Shown here: positions 51,501 through 64,000 of the stretch, in pieces
How positions within the stretch are numbered: the stretch's first letter is position 1
Layout of the letters: every line of letters begins with the position of its first letter
DNA from: Protoeuglena noctilucae
Lineage: Eukaryota
DNA: 64,000 bases
Direction of reading: 5' to 3'
Assembly (NCBI GenBank): GCA_958009085.1
Contig: OY253678.1
Location: 496,001-560,000 of the forward strand
Made by a program: the position numbers and the translations under genes
The notes under the pieces: generated by a model
Database searches by the model: none
What the model was told of the DNA's origin: nothing
Seen by the model: only the letters and a program-made list of their open reading frames with translations

Positions 51501-53357
51501 CTGCCGCAGCCCGCCACCACGCGTGCCACCTCACAATATGTAGATGGACAGCAGTCGCGGCGGTGCAGGCGCAACCACCCATCCACACAACCACTACCTC
51601 GCTGCCCCGCCGCCCCTCACCCTGCCCGCTCGCCCCCGTGCCGGCGTTCTCGACGTCGATTCCCTTAAAGAAATCGTCGGGTGCCAGCTTCAAAACCATG
51701 GCCTTCCCCTTTAGGACGAAAAAGGCCGCGTCGCCCTCCTCGCCCTCACGCACCAGGAACTCCCCTGGCTGGAAGGTGCGGCGCTCCAAGCCGGGGAGGC
51801 TGCGGGGGCAAGGCGGGTGCGGCGATGGGCACATGCATTGGAAGAGAAGCGTGGTTACGAGAGACTCTCATGACCCTGCAAGCGCGCTCTATCATCTCCA
51901 CACCCACCCCTCCACACACAGCTCAGCCCCGCTGCCCCCCTTACCTGGCCAGCACGCGCGCCATGTTGGCGTCCAGCGTCTCAAAGGTTCCCTCCCCGTC
52001 CTCCGCCTCCTCGGCCACCCCCGGTGCCCCGACCTCGGGCGGCAGGTCAATGACGTTGCACCACTCATGCGCCAGCACGCCCTCCAAATCCAGCCGGTTC
52101 TTCCTCTCCTTGTCCAGCATCGTCGTCAGCAGCGACCGGAGCGCGTCGGACGTGGGCGGCGACTCCGGGAACACCAACGGGTCGTCCATAATCGCATCGT
52201 ACATGGCGTACACCGTCATTCCCGACTTCTTCCCGAACGGCAGCTTGCCGAAGATGAGGTGGTATAACGTCACGCCGGCGGCCCAGAGGTCCGCGGCCCG
52301 GCCCGAGTACTTCTCGCCCATGCAGACCTCGGGCGGGAGGAAGGCCGGGGTGCCGCTCGATCGGAGGAGCTCGTCCTTGATGACCGTGGATCGGGACTTC
52401 TCGTCGTACACCTGAGGGGGCAGAGGGAGAGCGGATGCATGTCTGGACCTCTTGGAGGGATTTGAGCACGTGCGAGGTGGGGTGGAGCGGTGCGGGGTTG
52501 GTGATGACATGCGCGGAGGGTGCGGGGTGGGCGGCAAGGCTGTCTTAAACAAAGAATCTCTCGGCTGCCCCGGTCAAGCCCCCTGCACCTGCAACCGCAT
52601 CACCCATGCCTGCTCTTCTTCAATAACACCCCGCACCTGCTTGCACACGACGCTGGACCCGAAGTCGATGAGCTTGACCACGCCGTCGCCCCCGAATGCC
52701 AGGTTGGCGGGCTTGACGTCTCCGTGGATGACGCCCTTGCTGTGGATGTGCCGCAGGCCCAGCAGGAGCTGGCGGAAGATGCCCCGGGCCACCAGCTCCG
52801 ATAACAGCTCCGTCTCGTCCTCGTACTCCTCCTGAACGGGACCGCCTTCCACGTACTCCATGACGACCATGATGGTGGGCGAGTCGGGGTCGTCGATCAC
52901 CTCGTAGATCTGCGGGGCGAGGTGCGGGGCGGGGGAGGGGTGACGGGGGCACAACACATGCGGAGAGCTCAGCACAGGAACAGGGAGGGGTGCGGGGCGC
53001 ACTGCGTGTGGGGACGGCGCAGAGTGGGACGCAAGCATCGCACTGGCCTCCTCGCAAGGACTCAGCTTACAAGCAGTATCAGTATCACTATAACTATCAC
53101 TATCACTATCAATATTAATATCACTGCCACCCTCTCACCTCCACAATGTTGCGGTCCATGAGGGACTCGAGCGTCGCGATCTCCCGCTTGATGGCAACCT
53201 CGGGGTTCTCCCCGCCGCCCATGGCCCGCGAATACGTCATCTTGCGGCGCTCCCGGTACACGGCCTTGACGGCCACCAGTCGGTACTCGCGCAGGTCCCA
53301 GCACAGGTTGACGTGGCCGTTGGCACCGGCGCCCAGGTGCTTCATCACTGGGGGGGC

Positions 53358-53416
<59 letters not shown>

Positions 53417-55344
53417 AGGAAGTGAGAGTGGAGGGGGACAGTCAAGGCGGCATGGGATCAGCGTAGTCGGCAGGGTTAAGAGAAAGGGCCTCACCGGCGT
53501 AATGGTTGACAAAGATCTTCTGACTGGCGCCCTCCCCGACTTTGCCCATGCGCAGCTTGTCCTCGTGCGCCACCACCGACTTGGCGTCGTGGCGCGAGGC
53601 CCCGTCGTCGCCGTCCCCGCTCGGGGTGCTGGGCCGCCGGCTCTGCGCCGGCACCTTCAGGTTGTGCACCGACTCGGCGGCTCCCCCGGCGCTGTCCGAG
53701 TCGTCCTCGTCGTCGCTCGTGGCCTTCAGGTTGCCCATCGAGTTTAACATGAAGGCGCCTGCGGGGAGGGGGCCGCAGATTACCGGTATGCAAGGGGAGC
53801 GGTGCGGCATGGAGCGCAAAGGAAGCAGAGGGCCCAGGCAGGTCAGAGAGGGACTGTGGACTGACAATTAGGTGAATGGACACGAGATCGCTCATTCGGG
53901 ACCAAGAGGAAGGCCCGTGGCCTGAAACTGCCTCAGGCGTGCGTGCCGTCTGTGCCATCGCTCGCTGGCCCACCCGCCCTCACCCACGCCGCCCGCGTCC
54001 CCCGGCTCACCTGCGCTCTTCTGGGTCTGCAAGCCCGTGCGCGGGCCGCCCCGACTCTTCCCCAGCAGCTCCTGGTTGATGGCGGTGAAGTCCACCTGGC
54101 CGGCGCCCAGCGTGGCGTGCAGCTCCTTGATCGTCGCCTCCACGCCCCCGTTCTTGGGGCTCAGCGAGTCCTCCGCGTCGATCTCCGCCCCGCCGATGCG
54201 AACCGTCACGCGCGGGTCGCCGATCGACCTCCGCCGGTGGAAGGACCGAGACGCCTCCCCGCTGCCCTCGCCGAACTTGACCCCCCCAGGGCTGCCCACG
54301 CCCGCCCCGTGCGGCGACGTCGCCCCGTCCGCGTCCGCGTCGGGGAACGTCAGCTTCCGCGCCGACGAGCCCTTCTTGTCCGGGGGCCTGACCTCAGGCT
54401 CGTCTGGGAACTGCGCCTTGCGCACCCCGGACGTCTTTCGCTCCCCAGCCGCGTCTGCCTCGTCGGGGAACTGCAGCCGCCGGGACGACCCTTGACTCCT
54501 GCGGTCCCCCGCGGCGCCCGTCTTGAGGGCGGAGCCCTTGGCGGACGAGCCCAGCAGGCGCTCGGTCCCGTCCTTGTCGGCCTTGTCCGCCTTGTCGGCC
54601 GCGCCCGGCCCGGCGAGCTCCTCCTGTGCGCTGCCGCTCGATTGGGCCTTGCGCGGGCGCTTGTCCGAGGCCGCGGACGGGCTGGGCTGCGCGGCGTCGT
54701 CCTGGACGAACCGCAGCTGCCGCGAGGAGGCCGTCTTGACCGTGTCTGGCCCCTCTTCCGCCAGCGCCCGGGTCCCGTCGGAGTCCATCGTCGCCTTCAG
54801 GCGCTGCGACGAGGAGCCCTTGATGGGGACACGCGCGGGGGAGCCCTCCGCGTGGCCTGAGGGCCGGGGCACCTGGGGCCTGCACGCACGGAACGCAGAC
54901 CACGGCTCGCTCGCGGCCATGCCAATCAACTGTCGGCGGAGGCCTGAGGTGGTGACGCGGGGGCGTCGAGAGCGTCAGGGCGCATTTGCGAGGAGCCGCC
55001 CACCTGCCAGATGGCACACGATGGCCGGCCTCCGTGGCCTTCCCTGGGGCCTGGGGCGGCTTGGCGTCTCCAGCCAGGACGGTGCCGGTGCTGTCGCCCC
55101 CCAGGACCTCCTTCCGCTGCGGCTCCGTGGCGCGCGCGGCGCGGTCCCTGGGCTCGGCGTCTCCATCGGAGGGCGACGTGCGACTGCCCTCGTTCTCGCT
55201 GCGAGCAGGGGCCACCTTGCCCGTGCCGTGCCCGCCGACGGGCTCTCCTCCGGTTGCGCCGACCTTTACGTCATCCGCCTTGTCGCCCGCCGGGCCGGAC
55301 TCGGGCTCGACGGCGTTCAGGCGCTTGGAGTGGATGCAGCCCAT
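48503..55344 (-). CDS. GRIK/SnAK-CAMKK-type Ser/Thr kinase with an N-terminal MGC acylation motif and a split C-terminal cNMP-binding domain
   Basis: Kinase motifs LGAGANG, VAVK, YEVIDDP, MEYVEGG, HGDVKPAN, DFG, GTPAFLPPE and DLWAAGVTLY. cNMP halves FQPGEFLVREGEEGDAAFFVLKG and GEMALLSGGRRCASVRA. Confidence 0.88.
53075..53122. repeat. Degenerate AT-rich hexamer microsatellite (actatc)n in a kinase intron
   Basis: agtatc agtatc actata actatc actatc actatc aatatt aatatc. Confidence 0.9.
53358..53411. repeat. Perfect (gagggt)9 microsatellite in a kinase intron
   Basis: Nine perfect copies just inside the intron's acceptor end on the minus strand. Confidence 0.95.
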
Positions 55345-55350
55345 GTTGTC

Positions 55351-55695
55351 TCAGTGCAAGCCCCTCCGGACGCGCGACACGCACGTCATCAGGCGCGCGA
55401 ACTCCTCCTTGCACTGATTGCGAGACACCTCGGGCAGCCGGGACGTCGCGCACGCCGCCTGGGGGCCGGGAGTCACAGAAGTGCGTCCCACAGTGACGCC
55501 GTGGGACCGGCGCCCACCCGCCGGGCGCGGCCGAGGCTGCGTGCGCGGGCCCCAAGGCCCGGACAACCCAAGCGGCGTCGTCTCGGCGGCACTCACGTAC
55601 GCGGCGGCCTCCTCGCGGCACTGAATAAGACCTTGGCGCACCAACTGCAGCAGTTTGCTACTCCCTCGATGGTCTTGCTTCCCAGCCGATGGCAT
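55351..55695 (-). CDS. NDUFAF8: 68-aa twin-CX9C protein, NDUFAF8-like complex I assembly factor
   Basis: Splicing out 55596-55459 (TAC|gtgagt...ccag|GCG) gives ...QCREEAAAYAACATSRLPEVSRNQCKEEFARLMTCVSR..., two exact CX9C motifs with the NDUFAF8-like CxxEAAAYxxC and CxxEFxxLxxC pattern. Confidence 0.8.
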   Translation of the reverse strand: MPSAGKQDHRGSSKLLQLVRQGLIQCREEAAAYVSAAETTPLGLSGPWGPRTQPRPRPAGGRRSHGVTVGRTSVTPGPQAACATSRLPEVSRNQCKEEFARLMTCVSRVRRGLH

Positions 55696-56202
55696 TGCCC
55701 GCTTTCACGATCTAGCCACGCTGCGGGGGGGAGGGCGGGACGGGTTCGCGGGCTGGCGACCGCGCGGCCCGGTCATTGCATGCCGGGGGGGCTCGGGACC
55801 CCCCAGCACTGGGCACCCCTGGGCCCCCCGCGGGGGACGAGCGCCGGCCACAATCAGCCGCCACGACAGCGTCCAGGGCTCCCTCCAAGGAAGGCCGAGC
55901 CCCACTGCCGCGGTCACCTCAATCACACTCCGAGGAGCCCAGGTCAAAGGGCAGCCACCGCTCGGCAACCAGACTCATTAGAAATACAGTGACGCGCACT
56001 GCGGCGGCGTCGCTTCGCTCCCGACCCTGTCTGACTGAGGGTTCGCCCCGGGCTCGAGGCAGGCAGCAAGCTGGCCCGTCCTGGCCGGGACCTTCCCATT
56101 TCGCGACAGGTTTGCTAGCTCGAGCGCATTGGCCCTGGCATCAGGCTCGGGTGCAGCGAATTCGACGACCAGCGACGTGCATCAGCGCGACGGGGGGCAG
56201 GA

Positions 56203-58209
56203 ATGCTGGGCCTGGAGGCAGTGGGTTTCAACTTGCACGATGGCTCCCTAGGTGAGCAGATGGCGTCAGCCGCGGTGGCCTCCAAACGCAAATTAGGGCC
56301 CTGCTCGTCCCGGCGAGGGAAGCGCCCCGCTGGCGGGCGATGGAGGCGAGCCCTGGCATGTGTGTGTCCTCTAGGAGGCGCGCCAATGGACGGGCAGCTT
56401 CTCGCCGCTGCGTTCGCATCCCCCAGCCGGGTGGGGCCTGGACGCGCGTAGGCATGAGCCTGCGAGAGGGAGGGGCACTGCTGCGAAAGCGAGCGCACTC
56501 GGCGACGCCAATTTGCGTCGAACAACCGAGTTAGGTCCCCGGGGCCCTGCATTCCCGCCGCCGGGCCCGTCTCAGCCTCGCTCGGAAGTGCAACGCGTGG
56601 TCGTGGTGCCTGGCGCCCCCCGGGGACGTCTCAAGCCATCGCAGCCTCGGTCGTTTCAAATGCTCCTGTGCGGGCGACATCCCTCGCTGCCGCACACAGC
56701 ACAGGCCCTCCCGCCCCTGCGTGCAGAAGGCATCGTGCGGGGGCACAAGGGGGGCCTCCTTCGGGCCGCGGATTACAACAACCTGGCGCAGTGCGAGAAT
56801 CTGGAGGACGTGAAGATGAACTTGGCGGGGACCGACTACGGCGCGTACCTGCAGAACGAGCCGGGACCCTTGCGGACGAGTGTGGTGGTTGAGCGGTGCA
56901 TGCAGGTGAGCGGGGAGCCCTCGCGCGCCCCCGCCTCGCCGGCTGCGGCGCGAGGGGAATTCGAGGGAGGCTGCGCCGGGCCGCATTCCCGCAGAAGCTT
57001 GTGGACGACTGGCGGTACATGCGTGCCCACGCGGACGAGCCCTTGGCCCAGTTCCTCGACTACTGCACGTACGGCTACATGATCGACAACGTGGTGCTCA
57101 TAGTCACGGGGACGCTGCACGAGCGGGACGTGCGGGAGCTGCTGGACAAGTGTCATCCGCTGGGGGCATTCGACAACATGGCAACAGGTGCGTGGCATGA
57201 TGCGCTCCCCCGCGCCGAGGGCGCTCCGTCTACGTCGCGCGACGGCGCTCCCGGTGCCGCTTGAGGCCGGCGGCGAAGGGAGGCCCTGCCCCGGCCCGCC
57301 CGCAGTGGCCGTGGCTTCGTCGATGAAGGAGTTGTATCGCCTCGTGTTGGTGGAGACGCCCCTGGCCCCCTACTTCAGCGAATGCCTCACGTCGGACGAC
57401 CTGGATGAGATGAACATCGAAATCATGCGCAACACGCTCTACAAGGCATACCTGGAGGATTTCTACAAGGTCAGGCCGGGCACGGCGCGGGGCGGGCTGC
57501 GGGGGAAGGGCCCCGTCAGCGCTGCCCGGCCGCGCAGCTGCACGCTCCGGGGAGCTCGTGGCGTCACACTCCACCTCCCCACCCCGTCCGCAGTTCTGCC
57601 AGAAGCTGGGGGGCGCGACTGCCAACATCATGGGGGACCTGCTGAGTTTCGAGGCCGACAAGCGCGCCCTGAACATCACGCTCAACTCCCTGGGGACGGA
57701 GCTGACGCGGGAGGACCGCCGCAACCTCTACTGCTCTTTCGGACTCCTCTTCCCCCAAGGGCAGTACGCCATGTCGATGGCGGAGGACTACGACGCGGTG
57801 CGCGCGGCGGCCGAGATGGTCCCGCAGTACCGGGAGTTCTTCCAGGGTGGCGCGGGGTACGGCGCGGAGTCGCACATGCTGGAGAAGGTGCGGGGTGCCA
57901 TTGAGGCCGGCCCGGCGTGGCGTGCGTCACGCTGGTGTCGTCATGGGGCCGTGCGCAGCAGCCGGGGTGGTGTCGTGCGCGGCAGCCGGCACAGAGTGCA
58001 GCCGTCTCCCTCCGCCTCCGCCGCAGCTGCTCTTCACCGAGGAGGTCAAGCGCTGCGTGCTTACGTTCGACCAGCAGTTCCATTACGCCGTGTTCTATGC
58101 CTACCTCAAGCTGCGGGAGCAGGAGATCCGCAACCTGATGTGGATATCCGAGTGCATAGCCCAGGGGCAGCGGAACCGCACCCAGGACGGGATCGTCCTG
58201 GTGCTCTAG
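56203..58209 (+). CDS. VHA-d: V-type ATPase V0 subunit d
   Basis: [62 protein letters not shown] and [21 protein letters not shown]. Confidence 0.97.
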
Positions 58210-58473
58210 AGGCTGTGGCAGCGCCGCCCCACGCGGAGGTGGCACAATAGGACATCTGGCGCCTGTTGAAGTTAGGGGAGTGTCGGCCCCGCCCTGACAC
58301 GCCGGCCTGCGGCCCTGGCAGCCGCCCCTGCCTCGCTGGCCCGTCCTGGCCCGAAGCACCCTCTCTGGCACCGGCGACTGGCACAGAAATTTCCTCGCTG
58401 CCGCCCCCCGAGTCCAATCCAGCTTGGTTCCTCCGCTCCTTCGCTGGTCTCCCGCCGCAGACAAGGTCCTGCG

Positions 58474-61420
<2,947 letters not shown>

Positions 61421-61991
61421 GGCCCGTCGGGCCCCACCAAGCGGCCCTCACGCAACGGCCACGTCACGACCCATGACCCCTCGCCCGCGGGGGTGGTGCG
61501 CCAGGCCCAGCCGTCCTTGGAGGAGCGGGGTTTTCGAGGCCCCCGCAGTAGCGCAGATGTAGCAGGTTCTCCCTGTCACCTTTCCTCCCCACTGAGCGCG
61601 GATGACACGCGGGCGTGGGAGCGCCTTCCTTGGATCGCCCCCGCCCTGGCCTTTTGCTAAGCGGGTGCGCTGCGCACGCAGGCTGCCGGCGTCCGGCCCT
61701 GCCGCGCATGCGCCCCGCACCTGCCCTCCCACGAACCCTTACGCCATTGGCGATCAACGCCTTTTCCCGGCCCGACCACGACGGCCTTCAAGACTCGCCG
61801 CACAGACGCTCTATGTAGTTGAGCGCCGCAATCAATTTTCTTAAAAGACGAGCGGGACGTAGCTGCGAGATGTCGTGCCCCACGCCGAGTGGGCCCAGGC
61901 CGGGTCACCTGTCACCCGGGTGGCCTAGGTCGGCCTATCAAGCGATGCATCGCCATGAGAAGTCAAGCGTCACTACGGTAGCCGCGACGGG

Positions 61992-64000
61992 TCACTTGGA
62001 CACCTGGAGAATGCCGTTTGGCAAGGCGCCATTCGCCAGCCCACCCGCATGCGCCGCGCCGTGCCCCGCCCCGGCAACCCCGCGGCCCCCCTTGGCCCCA
62101 GCGGCCACGCTCACCCCCGGAGCAGCCCCCTCCGGACTGCCGCCGCCCTTGCCCTCCTTGCCCGCGGACGCCGGCGCCTCCTCCACAGCGCCTTCCTGCC
62201 CGTCGGCCTCCTTCGGCCCCACGCTCCCCAGGTGAGGCTCCAGCTCCGACTTGCGCCTCGCCGCGATGGATGGCCCCACGTTCGCAGCCCCGGCGGCCGC
62301 CGCCGCCGCCCGCGCCGCCTCCTCCGCCCTCTGCGCGCGCCCCTTGGCAGCGAGCATGGCCGACCGCAGGTACTCGAACATCTTGCTCGTCTGCGCCGAG
62401 GGCGTCACGCGCTGCTGCCGGGCGTACGCCTGCATCGTCTCGACTGCCTTGTGCAGCGAGAAGAGCGCCTTGTCCGCCCCCAGCACCGACCCCGTGTGTA
62501 AATACGCGCGAGCCAGAAACAGCAGCGCGATGCCCGTCCGGGGGCTGTTGGGCCCGCTGGTCCTCTCCAGCATCTGCGTCTTCTCCTCCATCGCGATCAA
62601 GTCCTTGTCCGCGCCCGGCACCTGCTGCGCCGTCACGGACGCTGCGGGGGCAACGGCCACCAGCGCTTCATCGACTCCGCACGGCCAAAGCGAGACGCCC
62701 CTGCTGAGGCTGAGCACCACGCTGCAGGTGCAGCCAGGGATCCAAGCGTGCTCGTGGATAGAATCTCTATCCACCAGACGTGGCAGGGCCTCACCGGTGT
62801 TGCCCGGGACGGGGATGCCGCCCTTGAGCAGGTCGAGGCGAGGCGACGCGCGGAGGTAGGCCTCCACGGCCCGCTTGGCCCCGACGCCCACCACGACGAG
62901 CCCGTCGTCGCGCGCGCCCGCCGAGGGCCGGCCGAGCGGGGACAGCCCGGGCCGCCCGTTGGTGTCGAGGCCGCCGAGCCCGCGGCCCCCGTTTGCTGGC
63001 GAGTAGAGCATCCCCAGCACGTTCTCCAGATCGGACGGGCTCCCCGCCGGCATGGCGCGCGGGGTTTTGGACGTGAAGCCCTCGAAGAGCCGCATGGGCG
63101 AGCGGATGATGGCGGGCGACACCCCGCTCGACCCAAACAGCGGCAGGACGCCGCCCCCCAGCGACCCCTCGTGAACCACGGTCTCCCCGTCGACGCCCAG
63201 CGTCGGCAGCGGCAGGTCCAGCACCTTCGGCGTGTCCAGGATGCCGTCCGGCGACTTGGCGGAGACCCCGCCGTCGCCGTCGGCCCCGTCCTCGGGGTGC
63301 GACCCCTGCTCCCGGTCCCGATCCCGCGGGCCGCCCCTGGCCCCTCCCCGCCCCCGCCCTCGCCCCCGCCCTCGCGCCCTAGGCTCGGACCCCGGGGGTG
63401 TCGCCCCCACCGTCACCTCCTCGGCCACCTTCGCCCCCGCATGTGCCACCTCCTCCATGTCCTGGTCCTCCTCGACTGCCTCGCCGTCGAAGTCGACGTC
63501 GTCGTCGTCCTCGTCCTCGTCAAAGTCCCCGTACTCGAAATCCTCGTACCGCCGACTCCGGCGCACCACCCGCTCGGAGCCACGCGCCCCGCCAGACGTG
63601 CTGCGAGGCCCAGGGAGGCACACGGATCAGCGTGAGCGCGAGTCATCTCGCAGACGCGGCGAGCCAGCCGCACTCGCGGAGGCGCGCACCCGGCGAAGTA
63701 GGAGGGGTCGTCGTCGTCCCGCGCGGCACGCTTGCGAGGCCGGCCCGGCCCCCGCCGCGCGTCCTCCTGCTTCGACGCCCCCCCGCGGCGCTTGGGCGTG
63801 TCTGTCAGCGAGTCGTCGCGCCCGGATCGCCCGCGCTTGAGCACGGGCTTGCGGACGCGGCTGGTGCGCAGGGGCTGGTAGTCCGTGATGGGCCGCCCGT
63901 CCGGCCCCGGCGGGACAAAACCCTCGTCCTCCCATTCACGAAGCCCAAAGAGCCCTTCCAGGGGGCGTATGAAGACGGACATGGCTTCCTTCCGCTTCAC
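61992..64000 (-). CDS. Hypothetical nuclear protein with an AT-hook-like motif, acidic tract and helical C-terminal segment (5'-truncated)
   Basis: RRGPGRPRKR, DFDEDEDDDD, several S/TP sites and GIALLFLARAY. Open frames are joined by GT-AG introns. Confidence 0.6.

Noticed and set aside
53358..53411. Telomere or CRISPR interpretation of the (gagggt)n array
   Set aside because: It is short, intronic and has no spacers; kept only as a microsatellite.
56286..56531. 9-bp inverted repeat and small hairpin in the long VHA-d intron 1 (possible MITE)
   Set aside because: No target-site duplication or second copy was seen; compatible with chance.

Overview
This is a eukaryotic nuclear window with very high GC content, densely packed genes and many short spliceosomal introns, so the six-frame ORF track is mostly misleading and genes were rebuilt by hand from splice sites. 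The gene content (plastid heme oxygenase, thylakoid-lumen TPM protein, FtsHi3-type AAA protein, DRC7, TTLL1) points to a flagellated green alga; the exact taxon cannot be determined from this sequence. About 28 protein-coding genes are supported, plus a 200-N assembly gap (24848-25047). No rRNA, credible tRNA, CRISPR array or transposase was found. The main finding is a candidate bicistronic locus: a spliced 68-aa twin-CX9C NDUFAF8-like ORF stops 6 nt before, and in frame with, the ATG of a GRIK/CAMKK-type kinase whose cyclic-nucleotide-binding domain is split by a ~450-aa insert. Other notable features are an unusually high share of GC-AG introns, a stand-alone MLLE-domain gene near a PAM2-motif microprotein gene, a LysM fused to an EMB1703-like domain, a tandem pseudo-SDR, a 14-nt motif shared by introns of two ribosomal-protein genes, and a ~220-nt candidate structured RNA. 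Family assignments come from motifs recognised by eye, not from database searches.
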